In this document: positions 20,556 through 29,965 of the stretch, piece after piece
Numbering within the stretch: the first letter of the stretch is position 1
Layout of the letters: each line of letters starts with the position of its first letter
NCBI GenBank assembly: GCA_003660555.1
Contig: QMUK01000003.1
Location: 7,992-39,991 of the forward strand
Length of the DNA: 32,000 bases
Origin: Thermococci archaeon
Lineage (GTDB): Archaea > Hadarchaeota > B88-G9
Direction of reading: 5' to 3'
Position numbers and translations under genes: made by a program
The notes under the pieces: model-generated
Seen by the model: only the letters and a program-made list of their open reading frames with translations
Databases searched by the model: none
Told to the model about the DNA's origin: nothing

Positions 20556-21738
20556 CTCTCTTCAACCTCCTGAATACCTCCGGACTCATTGTCAGCTCAA
20601 CACCCCCGGTACCCAGAGGTATTTGTTGTCCCACTATCACGTTCTCTACCACACCTCTAAGGAAATCTTCCTCCCCTCTTAGTCCAGCCTCCATCAACTG
20701 CCTAACTGTAACTTCAAATGCTGCTCTAGCCAATACTGAGTGCTTCTCTCCACTAACTCCGTGTCTTCCTATTTGTTTCACTTCACCATCCATCGTCATC
20801 ACATCAGCCACCAGCATTATGTGTCTTATGTCAACGTTGAGCCCCTGTTCTTCTAAGGTGTTCTTTGCCTCCCTTATTATTGCTGCCCTAGCCGCCTCTA
20901 TCCCAAGGACCTCTTCTATTTCTCGTATGTTGTTCGTTGTAGTTCTCCTCCAGTCCACACCTTTTACCTTCAGCACTTCTTTGAGATTGGATCCATCTGT
21001 ATATATCACGTACTCTTCGCCCTCTTTCCTCACCATAACCCTCCTTATTCCCTTTATTCCCTTTATTCTAACCTCTTTCGATTTCATAGCAACTCTCCTC
21101 ATTTCTAGAGGGTCTATTTCGTCCATCTCTATTACGATCTTATTTCCTTTAAGAGACACCTTCTTGTTCCTTAACGACTTCTTAATTTTGTTCAGAACAT
21201 CTTTGGGAGAAATACCGCTTTCTCTCATCAGGTCTTCATCTAGATATATGACCAAGGAATAGTTCACCACATCCACTTCTGTTCTCTCGGATATATCACC
21301 CACTGTGGTTGATTCTATCTCCCTAGCAATTAACTTAGCCTTTTCTCGATCGTATCTGTGTTCTTCGTCTAAGTATATTGTCATCATTGGAGTGGAAGGT
21401 TCTTTTTTTGCATCTACTATTTCAATCAGTCTAGGTAATCCTAAAGTTACGTTGAACTCAGCTACACCAGCGTAGTGAAAAGTTCTCAACGTCATCTGGG
21501 TTCCTGGTTCTCCGATGGATTGAGCTGCTACTGTCCCAACTGCCTCGTTTGCTTCAACTAGACTTTCCTCGTACTCTTCCACTACTCTCTCAACTATCCT
21601 ATTTAGTTTCTCTTCACTCAATTTGTCTTTCACTCTTTCTAGCTCGCTTTTTAGCTCTGATAAAATGGACCAAGGAATCCTACCGTCCAATTCTTTTAGT
21701 TTGTCGCTTATTTCTTTCTCTGTGACCACATCGAACAC
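20548..21738 (-). CDS. rpoA2: DNA-directed RNA polymerase subunit A''
   Basis: 396 aa; ..[30 protein letters not shown].. and C-terminal ..[20 protein letters not shown] start. Confidence 0.96.
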   Translation of the reverse strand: MFDVVTEKEISDKLKELDGRIPWSILSELKSELERVKDKLSEEKLNRIVERVVEEYEESLVEANEAVGTVAAQSIGEPGTQMTLRTFHYAGVAEFNVTLGLPRLIEIVDAKKEPSTPMMTIYLDEEHRYDREKAKLIAREIESTTVGDISERTEVDVVNYSLVIYLDEDLMRESGISPKDVLNKIKKSLRNKKVSLKGNKIVIEMDEIDPLEMRRVAMKSKEVRIKGIKGIRRVMVRKEGEEYVIYTDGSNLKEVLKVKGVDWRRTTTNNIREIEEVLGIEAARAAIIREAKNTLEEQGLNVDIRHIMLVADVMTMDGEVKQIGRHGVSGEKHSVLARAAFEVTVRQLMEAGLRGEEDFLRGVVENVIVGQQIPLGTGGVELTMSPEVFRRLKRDG

Positions 21739-21743
21739 CCCAT

Positions 21744-24371
21744 CTAATTCCCACTACTTTCTTCCTTGATTTCAACCTCTATTATCCTCTTTATGTTCAC
21801 AGCTACACCCCTATCGCTTTTAGCTGGATCTACGCCATCTTCTCCGTATCTCAGCTGTACTATAGCACCTCTGGTATCTCTTACTGTACCATCGTATTCC
21901 ACCTTCAGATCTTGGAGAGCGTTTATTAGTCTCCTCTGCATGTATCCACTCTGTGCCGTTCTCACGGCAGTATCCACTAACCCCTCTCTCCCACCCATTG
22001 CGTGGAAGAAGAATTCTATCGGATCTAGTCCCCTCTTATAGCTCGATTTCACGAATCCTCTCGCCTTAGCACCTATGTCGCCGCGCTTAAAGTGGGAAAG
22101 TGTTCTATCTCTGTATCCCCTGGAGATTCTTTCTCCTCTAACAGATTGCTGCCCCAAACAGGCAGCCATTTGAGTTAGATTTAGCATACTTCCTTTTGCT
22201 CCAGTTTTAGCCATAATTACAGCGTGGTTATCCAGACCTAAATATGCACCGGCTATCTCACCAGCTCTGTCTCTAGCTTCTGCAAGCACTTGCATGATTC
22301 TCATTTCCAGAGTTTCTCTCAGAGTCTTCCCTGGAAGGGGCTCCAATTCTCCTCCCTCGTAAGCTCTTATTAGATCTTCTACTCTCTTCATTGCCTCGTT
22401 TATTATTTCGTCTATTCTCTCTAAGGCCTCCTCAGGCAAGTCCTCGTCACTGACTCCAGTGGTGAATCCTTTTTTCATGATGTACAGGAGAGTCATCTTT
22501 CCGAAAGCATCTAGGAATCTTCTTGCTTCATCATTCCCATATTCCTTGGCTATTACGTGCAGTAACTCACTCCTCTCCAAGGCTCCTGTCGCATTTTTAT
22601 CTAACACGCCCCGAATGAATTCTCCATTCCTTATCTCCACTACACCGTCCTCTTGGTCTGGGGGAAATACGTTCGTCTCGAACTTTATATTCAGTGTTTT
22701 AGGAAGCAGTTTACTTATTAGTTGCCTCCCGGTCCAATATTCTCTTCCGTTTATCACGTAGGCAGGTTTCGGAAGACTCGGGTCTATTCCGGACTGATAG
22801 AGGATGTACTGAGCCTCCTCCTTCGTAAGTAGGGAGTCTTTCAGGCTCAGCAGGTAACCTCCAGAGATGTAATCCTGCACCGTTCCTATTATGGGCCCAC
22901 CGAATCTCGGCGAGATTATGTGCTCTTGGACTAACATGAGTATTCTAGCCTCAGCCCTAGCCTCTTCACTCTGAGGTACATGCAAGTTCATTTCGTCACC
23001 GTCGAAGTCTGCATTGTAGGGAGGACAAACGCACAAGTTTGGTCTAAACGTCTTATAGGGCATCACTCTCACGATGTGGGCCATTATACTCATTCTGTGC
23101 AGAGATGGCTGTCTATTGAATAGGACGACATCTCCATCTTTCAGATGTCTCTCGACTATGTATCCTGGACCCAGCTCCTCCGAAAGCTTATCTCTATTTT
23201 TATCGGTTATCTTCACCCTTTTTCCGTCAGGTCTTATTATGTAATTTGCTCCCGGATGATTTTCAGGTCCCCGCTTTACTAGCTCTCGCATCTCCTCTAT
23301 GTTCCATTCTGTGACCCTTTCAGGCACGGTTAGCTCCATGGCTATCCTGACTGGCACACCAACTTCATTTATGCTAATCCATGGATCTGGAGATATAACT
23401 GTTCTAGCAGAGAAATCCACTCTCTTACCAGAGAGGTTTCCTCTGAATCTCCCTTCCTTCCCCTTTAGCCTCTGGGCTAGAGTTTTGAGGGCCCTACCGG
23501 ATCTATGCCTAGCCGGAGGAACACCTGAGACCTCGTTGTTTAGGTATGTGGTGACGTGGTATTGCAATAGGTCCCAGAGATCTTCTATTATCAGCTGAGG
23601 AGCACCAGCTTCTATGTTTTCTCTTAATCTTTGGTTAATTCTGATTATGTCGACAAGTTTATGCGTGAGATCGTCTTCTGCTCTAACCCCGGATTCTAGT
23701 GTTATAGATGGTCTAACGGTAACAGGTGGAACAGGCAGAACCGTTATGACCATCCACTCGGGCCTAGAGGTTTTAGGATTTATTCCCATTAGTTGTGCAT
23801 CCTCATCTGTTATCTCCTCCAACCACTCTCTTATTTCATTCGGTAAAATCCTCCTCCCGTCAACTATGTACGTGGTAGGTCTCTCGAACTTTATTTTCGG
23901 CTTTTTCTCACCGCAGTATGGACAAGTCTCTACCGAAGACGCCTCTGAGAGAACTTCGTTTGCTACCTTCTCAATTAAACTAAGTCTCTTCGTCTCGTGC
24001 TGTTTCATTCTATTCAGGTATTCCCTCTTCTTCTCTTCGGGTATCGTGAGCCTTCTGCAGTTTGGACAAGTGGCTTTCAGAATCTGATATATGTTCTTGG
24101 CAAATTCCACATGTATTACTGGCCTAGCTAGTTCAATGTGACCGAAGTGTCCTGGACACTCTCTCATTCTTCCCCCGCAAGTCCTACACTTTAATCCTGG
24201 ATCTATCACTCCAAGTCTGGTGTCCATTAATCCCCTCTCTATGGGAAATCCATCCTCATCATAGGTGTCTGGGTTGGTTATCTCTAATACAGAGATCTTC
24301 CTTATTACTTCTGGAGGCAAAAGTCCGAAGGATATCCTATCTATTACTTTGGTGGAGTAACTCTCCATCAT
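21744..24371 (-). CDS. rpoA1: DNA-directed RNA polymerase subunit A'
   Basis: 875 aa; Zn motif [20 protein letters not shown] and catalytic [10 protein letters not shown]. Confidence 0.97.
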   Translation of the reverse strand: MMESYSTKVIDRISFGLLPPEVIRKISVLEITNPDTYDEDGFPIERGLMDTRLGVIDPGLKCRTCGGRMRECPGHFGHIELARPVIHVEFAKNIYQILKATCPNCRRLTIPEEKKREYLNRMKQHETKRLSLIEKVANEVLSEASSVETCPYCGEKKPKIKFERPTTYIVDGRRILPNEIREWLEEITDEDAQLMGINPKTSRPEWMVITVLPVPPVTVRPSITLESGVRAEDDLTHKLVDIIRINQRLRENIEAGAPQLIIEDLWDLLQYHVTTYLNNEVSGVPPARHRSGRALKTLAQRLKGKEGRFRGNLSGKRVDFSARTVISPDPWISINEVGVPVRIAMELTVPERVTEWNIEEMRELVKRGPENHPGANYIIRPDGKRVKITDKNRDKLSEELGPGYIVERHLKDGDVVLFNRQPSLHRMSIMAHIVRVMPYKTFRPNLCVCPPYNADFDGDEMNLHVPQSEEARAEARILMLVQEHIISPRFGGPIIGTVQDYISGGYLLSLKDSLLTKEEAQYILYQSGIDPSLPKPAYVINGREYWTGRQLISKLLPKTLNIKFETNVFPPDQEDGVVEIRNGEFIRGVLDKNATGALERSELLHVIAKEYGNDEARRFLDAFGKMTLLYIMKKGFTTGVSDEDLPEEALERIDEIINEAMKRVEDLIRAYEGGELEPLPGKTLRETLEMRIMQVLAEARDRAGEIAGAYLGLDNHAVIMAKTGAKGSMLNLTQMAACLGQQSVRGERISRGYRDRTLSHFKRGDIGAKARGFVKSSYKRGLDPIEFFFHAMGGREGLVDTAVRTAQSGYMQRRLINALQDLKVEYDGTVRDTRGAIVQLRYGEDGVDPAKSDRGVAVNIKRIIEVEIKEESSGN

Positions 24372-24376
24372 TTACA

Positions 24377-27300
24377 TCACGCCCTATCTCTGAGTCTCAT
24401 CTTTGGGAATATCAACATAGAAATGAGTTCATCTATCAATAATTTGAATGCATATGATACAGGGACCTGATATGCTTCCGTTTCTTCTTTACATATGGGA
24501 CACACCACTACGTCCTCTCTCTGCTTCTTGTATGAGAAGGACCCACACTTGGAGCAGACATAGGCTAAGTACCTGTCTGATTCATCTATGAGTCTCTCCT
24601 TAAGTAATATTGCCGTACCATGTCCAACTAAGCAATCTTTCTCCATTTCACCAAATCTAAGTCCTCCTTCTCTTGATCTGCCCTCAGTTGGCTGTCTAGT
24701 AAGCACTTGCACAGGACCTCTAGCCCTAGCATGTATTTTGTCCGAGACCATGTGGTGCAGCTTTTGATAATAGGTTATACCGATGAATATCTCAGCTTCT
24801 ATCATTTCCCCAGTTCTCCCGTCATAAAGGACTTCCCTACCATTCGGCTTGAACCCATATGCCTTCAAAAGCTCTCTTAGGTCAGACTCTCTTTCCCCCC
24901 TGAAAGCAGTCCCGTCAATTCTCCTCCCTTGGAGAGCACCAACTTTCCCTGCTATGGTCTCTATTAGTTGACCCACAGTCATTCTAGATGGTATTCCATG
25001 CGGATTCACTATTATGTCTGGAACTATTCCATCTTCGGTGAAGGGAAGATCTTCTTGAGGGACTATTAGCCCTATAACACCCTTTTGTCCATGTCTTGAG
25101 GCGAATTTATCTCCTAGCTCCGGGATTCGCTCGTCCCTCACCTTGACCTTCACGAGCCTAGTTCCCTCAGAGGTAGTCGTTAAGACTACAGTGTCCACTA
25201 TCCCACTTTCTCCAGGCCTAACGTTAACTGAAGTCTCTCTCCTCCCCTCCATTGCTCCAAACTCTGCAATTCTTTCTTCCAAGAATCTAGGGGGACTTGT
25301 TCTCCCTATAAGTACCTCTCCGCCAGATACAACTGTTTCAGGCTCTATTATCCCATCTTCTGCTAATTTTGAGTATTCTCTCTCATCTCTGTAACCTCTA
25401 ACGTCTCTGGATGGTATTTCAAACCTATCCTCTTGGCCACCAGGGTACTTTTTCTCGTCCGCCTCATAAGTTCTGAAGAAGTGAGATCTGAACAATCCTC
25501 TCTCTATTGCTGACTTGCTTATGACTATTGCATCCTCCATGTTGTATCCGTAGTATGGCATTATCGCAATTACAACGTTTTGTCCCGCTGGCCTGTCATC
25601 GAAGCCTATCACCTCCATTGGATCAGTCTTCACTATGGGTCTCTGAGGATAATGTAGGAAATGACCTCTAGTGTCTAACCTGAGCATGAAATTAGCCGAA
25701 CCCAGGCCAAGAGCTTGCTTTGCCATTCCAGCCTCGTAGCTGTTCCTCGGACTTTGATTGTGTTCTGGGTATGGTATTAATCCAGCGCAAATTCCCAATA
25801 TGGCTGCTGGATCTATCTCTACGTGGGTGTGTTCCTCAGTGACTTCTTCATCGCCTATAGCAACATATGCGTTTTCTTCTTCCTCTGCATCCAGGTATTC
25901 CACTATGCCATTACGGACCAAATCAGAGAACTTCCATTCTCCCGTTTCTATTTTCTCTATGACTTCTTCAGTCAGTTTTGGTTTCCCATTCTCCACGATT
26001 ATTAATGGTCTTCTCACTCTCCCAGCGTCACAATTCACGTATATTTCCTTCGTCTCCTCGTAATATGCTACATTTATTTGATCACTTATTTCTCCACTCC
26101 TTCTGAGCTCCTTTATTTTCTGAACTAGATCCAACCCGTCTTCGACCCTTCCTAGCAACTTACCGTTCACGTATACGGTCCAGTCCCCCTCTTTGACGCT
26201 ACCTACACCGAGGTCTGTCAGCATTTGTTCTACTTCCTCCTCTGGGTATCCCTTGGAAATCTCAGCCATCATTGCTAGATTCTTAACTAGACCACAGTTT
26301 GGTCCCTCAGGGGTCTCGTTGGGGCATATTCTTCCCCAATGTGTGGAGTGTAGATCCCTTGCCTCGAAATGGGGCTGAGACCTGCTAAGTGGGGAAACTA
26401 CCCTCCTCAAATGGCTCAAGGCAGACATGTAGTTCGTTCTGTCCAGTAGTTGACTCACACCAGTCCTTCCACCGACCCAGTTTCCGGTGGCCAGCGCATG
26501 CTTTATTCTATCTGATAGGAGATCCGCCCTAACAGAGGTTCTAACAGATGGTTCTCTGCCTCTAGAGTATGCCTTGGTAAGTTGATATCTGATATCCTTC
26601 ACTAAAGCTTGGAATGCCGATCTGAATAGATCTTCCATTAAGTCTCCAGCTAGTTTGAGTCTCTTATTAGCGTAATGATCTTTATCGTCTACACTTCTCA
26701 AGCCTAGGTGTAGCTCAATAGCCCTCTCTGCCATTTTGCCTAGGAAGTATGCCTTCTTTATCCTGTCTTCCTCTTCTTGGCCAATGTGAGGCAGTAGATA
26801 TCTATCTAAAACTTGTTCAGCCCTCTTAAGCCTATATTCTTTTGGCTGTTCTGCAGCGACACGCTTACCTATGTAGTCCAGAGCCTCTTCCTGTGTGTGG
26901 ATGTCTAGTGCTCTCTCTATGTTGAACATTATATCAGACGCCATTTCTGGATTTTCCGAGATGGCTTGGAATATCTCTCTGTCCTTCTCCAATCCCAAAG
27001 CCTTCATAAGTATCACGATTGGAATGTAACCGGGGATTGAAGGAAAACTAACTCTTATTAGTCCAGTTTTCCTCCTCTCAACAGTAACAGGAGCTCTGAA
27101 TCCACCACTCATTGATATAACTTTAGCTCTACAAGTCCCTTCTTTTTCATCCTTCTCCACCATTATCCTGTTGACAGCCAAATCCTCTATCGAGACTATC
27201 ACTCTCTCTGATCCATTTATTATGAAGTATCCTCCAGGGTCTCTTGGATCCTCTCCAGCTCTTATTAGCTCCTCCTCACTCATTTTAGATAGAGGACATA

Positions 27301-27694
27301 TTTCTGACTTAAGCATCACTGGAATCTCCCCTATCCTAACTTCCACCTCTTGTTGCTCCATACCATTTCTTATGGGAGTCATTTTTAGATATATTGGAGC
27401 GGAATACGTTAGATTTCTTATTCTAGCCTCCATAGGAAGTATTTCTTTCCCCTGACCATCTGCTTCTTGAATAAATGGTCTCCCAACTCTTATTTTGCCT
27501 AATTTTACCTTAAAACCCTCTATCTCTGGTTCAATATATCCAACCTCATCTACTACTCTTTGGAGTCCCCTCTTTATGAATTCATTGTAAGAATCTAGAT
27601 GCTGTCTAACTAATCCTTTTTCGTCAAAGTAAGCTCTCATTAGGGACCATTTTTTCTTTTGTGAGATTAAATTGCCAGAATTACGAGAAGACAC
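24377..27694 (-). CDS. rpoB: DNA-directed RNA polymerase subunit B (unsplit)
   Basis: 1105 aa; ..GLVRQHLDSYNEFI.., ..FASRHGQKG.., ..GEMEKDCL.. and a C-terminal Cys4 (CSKCG..CPIC). GTG start with AGGGGTGAT SD. Confidence 0.97.
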   Translation of the reverse strand: MSSRNSGNLISQKKKWSLMRAYFDEKGLVRQHLDSYNEFIKRGLQRVVDEVGYIEPEIEGFKVKLGKIRVGRPFIQEADGQGKEILPMEARIRNLTYSAPIYLKMTPIRNGMEQQEVEVRIGEIPVMLKSEICPLSKMSEEELIRAGEDPRDPGGYFIINGSERVIVSIEDLAVNRIMVEKDEKEGTCRAKVISMSGGFRAPVTVERRKTGLIRVSFPSIPGYIPIVILMKALGLEKDREIFQAISENPEMASDIMFNIERALDIHTQEEALDYIGKRVAAEQPKEYRLKRAEQVLDRYLLPHIGQEEEDRIKKAYFLGKMAERAIELHLGLRSVDDKDHYANKRLKLAGDLMEDLFRSAFQALVKDIRYQLTKAYSRGREPSVRTSVRADLLSDRIKHALATGNWVGGRTGVSQLLDRTNYMSALSHLRRVVSPLSRSQPHFEARDLHSTHWGRICPNETPEGPNCGLVKNLAMMAEISKGYPEEEVEQMLTDLGVGSVKEGDWTVYVNGKLLGRVEDGLDLVQKIKELRRSGEISDQINVAYYEETKEIYVNCDAGRVRRPLIIVENGKPKLTEEVIEKIETGEWKFSDLVRNGIVEYLDAEEEENAYVAIGDEEVTEEHTHVEIDPAAILGICAGLIPYPEHNQSPRNSYEAGMAKQALGLGSANFMLRLDTRGHFLHYPQRPIVKTDPMEVIGFDDRPAGQNVVIAIMPYYGYNMEDAIVISKSAIERGLFRSHFFRTYEADEKKYPGGQEDRFEIPSRDVRGYRDEREYSKLAEDGIIEPETVVSGGEVLIGRTSPPRFLEERIAEFGAMEGRRETSVNVRPGESGIVDTVVLTTTSEGTRLVKVKVRDERIPELGDKFASRHGQKGVIGLIVPQEDLPFTEDGIVPDIIVNPHGIPSRMTVGQLIETIAGKVGALQGRRIDGTAFRGERESDLRELLKAYGFKPNGREVLYDGRTGEMIEAEIFIGITYYQKLHHMVSDKIHARARGPVQVLTRQPTEGRSREGGLRFGEMEKDCLVGHGTAILLKERLIDESDRYLAYVCSKCGSFSYKKQREDVVVCPICKEETEAYQVPVSYAFKLLIDELISMLIFPKMRLRDRA

Positions 27695-27700
27695 AGGAGA

Positions 27701-28126
27701 TCACCCCTCTATTACATATCTATACGAGGTGAAGTAACCTGCAGTTGGGCTCTTTCTCTTTATTTCGACAATATCCCCGGGCTTAGCACCTATAGCTTTA
27801 GCAACAGGATCAGATGCTTTCATTAGAGGAAGTAAATCTGGCGAAACCTCCAGTTTATTCAATATCTCTTTAGCCTCCTCTACACTCAATACTCTATGCT
27901 CCGGAACCAATTCATGCTCCATTATATTAAAACCTTCTTCCCTACTAACACCATCTTTCTCCTCTCTCATTTTTTTCTGTCGTGTTTTACTTCTTCTCTT
28001 TCTTTCACTTCGATGAGATTTACTCTTGCTTTCAACTCCTTTATCCCTCTTTGCTTCACTGTCATCTCCAGCTATCTCAGTTTTCGGTATTTTCTTACTC
28101 TTCCTTCTACTACCCTTCTTAGCCAT
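27701..28126 (-). CDS. rpoH: DNA-directed RNA polymerase subunit H (Rpb5 C-domain homologue) with a basic N-terminal extension of about 60 aa
   Basis: The C-terminal 76 aa, [60 protein letters not shown], form the canonical RpoH. ATG 28126 has GGAGG 8-9 nt upstream. Alternative internal ATGs are at 27970 and 27922. Confidence 0.9.
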   Translation of the reverse strand: MAKKGSRRKSKKIPKTEIAGDDSEAKRDKGVESKSKSHRSERKRRSKTRQKKMREEKDGVSREEGFNIMEHELVPEHRVLSVEEAKEILNKLEVSPDLLPLMKASDPVAKAIGAKPGDIVEIKRKSPTAGYFTSYRYVIEG

Positions 28127-28149
28127 TCCTTCCCTCCTCTCCCCTTAAG

Positions 28150-28223
28150 CGGGCCCGCGGGGATTCGAACCCCGGACCACCAGGTTAAAAGCCTGGCGCT
28201 CTTCCAGACTGAGCTACGGGCCC
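28150..28223 (-). tRNA. tRNA-Lys (anticodon UUU), CCA not encoded
   Basis: Hand-folded: GGGCCCG-TA-GCTC-AGTCTGGAA-GAGC-G-CCAGG-CTTTTAA-CCTGG-TGGTC-CGGGG-TTCGAAT-CCCCG-CGGGCCC-G. Confidence 0.93.
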
Positions 28224-28240
28224 AACAAAATAATTGCGAG

Positions 28241-28318
28241 TGGCGCCCTGGTCGGGATTTGAACCCGAGTCTCGGGAGTGACAGTCCCGAATGATAGGCC
28301 GAGCTACACCACCAGGGC
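28241..28318 (-). tRNA. tRNA-Asp (anticodon GUC), CCA encoded
   Basis: GCCCTGG-TG-GTGTAGCTCGGCCTATCAT-T-CGGGA-CTGTCAC-TCCCG-AGAC-TCGGG-TTCAAAT-CCCGA-CCAGGGC-G-CCA. Confidence 0.92.
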
Positions 28319-28320
28319 AC

Positions 28321-28446
<126 letters not shown>

Positions 28447-28467
28447 AAGTCGCACATTCCTGAGCCC

Positions 28468-28474
28468 TATTTAA
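28468..28474 (-). promoter_or_regulatory. TATA box (TTAAATA) for 5S rRNA
   Basis: On the minus strand, gagaaaagcTTAAATAgggctc is centred about 25 nt upstream of the 5S 5' end. A purine-rich BRE-like stretch lies just upstream. Confidence 0.6.
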
Positions 28475-28523
28475 GCTTTTCTCCCTTAGGTACTCCAAAG
28501 AAGATCAGACTGGAGCGGCTTCA

Positions 28524-28829
28524 TCACTCCTCAGTGACTACCTCCTCATCACCTGTTAGTAGTGAGTATGAGAACAATAGTGCTCCAACTACAATCAACA
28601 CAAAGGCTATTATGGACACTACGAAGCTCAGCCACCTGTCTATGTCCTTACCTTTCAGTATGAGGTTCCAGTCAACGAATCCAAGCGCTGATGATATCAC
28701 TAAGAACATGGAGCCGGAGAGTATGTAGTTCCATCCCAATGGCTCTTTATCCCTGAATATTGAGTATCTGTACAATACACCCATTACTAGTATCACTAGG
28801 GCGAATGCCAGCTCTCTTGGTATGTCCAT
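28524..28829 (-). CDS. small hypothetical membrane protein (about 3 TM helices)
   Basis: MDIPRELAFALVILVMGVLY..NYILSGSMFLVISSALGFV..LSFVVSIIAFVLIVVGALLF..; acidic C-terminus. I chose ATG 28829 because the TATA box at 28863-28869 predicts a transcript start downstream of the ORF-track ATG 28850. I recognise no family. Confidence 0.55.
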   Translation of the reverse strand: MDIPRELAFALVILVMGVLYRYSIFRDKEPLGWNYILSGSMFLVISSALGFVDWNLILKGKDIDRWLSFVVSIIAFVLIVVGALLFSYSLLTGDEEVVTEE

Positions 28830-28862
28830 CTCGCGACCCCCCAGTCCCATAACCCAGTTAGC

Positions 28863-28869
28863 TTAAATA
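28863..28869 (-). promoter_or_regulatory. TATA box (TATTTAA) upstream of the small membrane protein gene
   Basis: The minus strand reads ggaaaaaggTATTTAAgctaac, centred about 37 nt upstream of ATG 28829, with a purine-rich BRE-like GAAAAAGG upstream. Confidence 0.45.
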
Positions 28870-28895
28870 CCTTTTTCCACACGGATTCTGTTAAC

Positions 28896-29257
28896 TCATT
28901 GGTGGTGGGACGAAAAAAATGAAAATTTATTAAGTTTTCGTCTTCTCTCCATTGGAGACAAACATACCCGACTTAACGATAATATAGGTGACTTCTCTTG
29001 CCAAATCTTCCCTATTTTCCACTTCTTCAATAGTAAAAATGCTACTACTAGTCTTGCTCTTATTCTAGCTCTTCTCGTAAGTTCAACTCCACGTTGTTTA
29101 TACATACAGTAAAAACTTCCTGAAACTTTTTCATAACCCAACAAGACACCTGAAACCCTCTTTGGTCTTTCAGCATATCTCTTTTGTCGTCAGACATTTT
29201 CGGCTTACTGTCTTGGAAATTACAAAGTATTAAAAATTTTCGCGGAGTCTTCATCAT
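28896..29257 (-). pseudogene. two overlapping out-of-frame minus-strand ORFs (65 aa and 82 aa); likely a frameshifted remnant of unknown function
   Basis: ORFs 29060..29257 and 28896..29144 overlap by 85 nt in different frames. The plus strand is pyrimidine-rich here, as in real minus-strand genes of this window. The second frame stays open for about 97 codons. I recognise no family. Confidence 0.35.
28909..28942. terminator. perfect 8-bp inverted repeat (GACGAAAA/TTTTCGTC, 18-nt A/T loop) containing a T7 run on the minus strand; candidate terminator
   Basis: Read directly: 28909-28916 gacgaaaa pairs with 28935-28942 ttttcgtc. The minus strand carries TTTTTTT (28914-28920) about 45 nt upstream of the TATA box at 28863-28869. 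Confidence 0.35.
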
Positions 29258-29559
29258 CCATACTGAAATTGTCGTGACTATCTAGACAGGATCGATGGGA
29301 TAGGATTTGATATACTTTTCGAACAGCTGAATGCTGATATCCCTCCTGTAAAATGATGAAAGAGCACAGAGATTATGCCAGCGACGTTTGTGAACACCCA
29401 GTCGTTTTGGAAGCATAGAGTTTTAATAGCTTGCTGAAGGTGTAAAGAATACATCGGGGGAGAGGAAAAGAAGGCCTACGTGAATAGTTGGAGGATACAT
29501 TTACAATTGCGTTTTACATACCTCTAACTAAGGGAGAAGTAAAGACGACTTCTTTTGAT

Positions 29560-29618
29560 AGGAAAAGATGGAAAATGCAGTTAATGTTGTAAAGGAAAAG
29601 ATAGGAGAGGATGTTGTA
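29560..29618 (+). repeat. imperfect tandem repeat (AGGAAAAGAT ... ATGTTGTA, two units)
   Basis: aggaaaagat occurs at 29560 and 29593. atgttgta occurs at 29584 and 29611. Confidence 0.6.
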
Positions 29619-29917
29619 GCGACATCCCTTTATAGACAACGGAGGTTTAGATAAACTCCCATGCGCGTGTTTTCTCGGAAGCTAACTCATGAACAGCAGA
29701 CAAAACCTCTGAAAGTGAGATGATTTTACAAGATCTCTTGAAGTAATCCGGTTTATCCTATTCGGGACGAAGTAATGGGGACAAACAATTCACAAAACTC
29801 TCTCATGGAACGCAGCAACTCCGATGCTCCAGCTCTTGAGTTCGATTACATAACACGATAAAGGAATTGTTTTGTCTCTCTGGAAAGACCATGGTTTTAA
29901 TATTCCAGATAGGACTT

Positions 29918-29965
29918 GGGAGAGATCGAAAAAAGCTTAAAGGGAGATCGGAGAAAGAGGTTTAG
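29918..29965 (+). repeat. imperfect 24-nt tandem repeat (GGGAGAGATCGAAAAAAGCTTAAA / GGGAGATCGGAGAAAGAGGTTTAG)
   Basis: Read directly. The two units share gggaga..atcg..a.aaag...t.a. Confidence 0.5.

Noticed and set aside
1761-27455. Numerous plus-strand ORFs of 60-240 aa, including 7021..7536 (171 aa), 9467..9961 (164 aa), 14307..14828 (173 aa), 20540..21262 (240 aa) and 23614..24087 (157 aa)
   Set aside because: All lie antisense to well-supported conserved minus-strand genes. Their translations are Ser/Leu/Thr/Pro/Ile/Phe-rich and low in complexity, as expected for the complement of Glu/Lys/Arg/Gly-rich purine-loaded coding strands. None has an SD or promoter-like context. They are shadow ORFs.
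27922-27932. TATA-like TTTTAATATAA on the minus strand inside rpoH, as a possible internal promoter for a short RpoH
   Set aside because: It abuts the ATG of M69, so a transcript start about 25 nt downstream would fall inside the conserved HELVPEH core. It is incompatible with producing a functional RpoH.
28224-28240. ATTATTTT in the tRNA-Asp/tRNA-Lys spacer as a promoter for tRNA-Lys/rpoH
   Set aside because: The element is only about 5-12 nt from tRNA-Lys position 1, so a TATA box there would start transcription inside the tRNA. It is more plausibly a weak oligo-T termination or processing spacer, as discussed in the findings.
29296-29310. Possible att-site remnant: GGATTTGA matches 8 nt of the tRNA-Asp/tRNA-Ser T-arm region (GGGATTTGAACCC)
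   Set aside because: Only 8 nt match, with no extension into the acceptor stem. This is too short to support a duplicated tRNA 3' half from an integration event.
29221-29437. C/D-box sRNA candidates: ATGATGA at 29353-29359 (+) and ATGATGA on the minus strand at about 29251-29257, each with a downstream CTGA
   Set aside because: C-to-D distances are about 81 nt and 68 nt, against a typical 50-60 nt. There are no internal D'/C' boxes and no terminal stem. The minus-strand hit is simply the ATG-ATG start of ORF 29060..29257.
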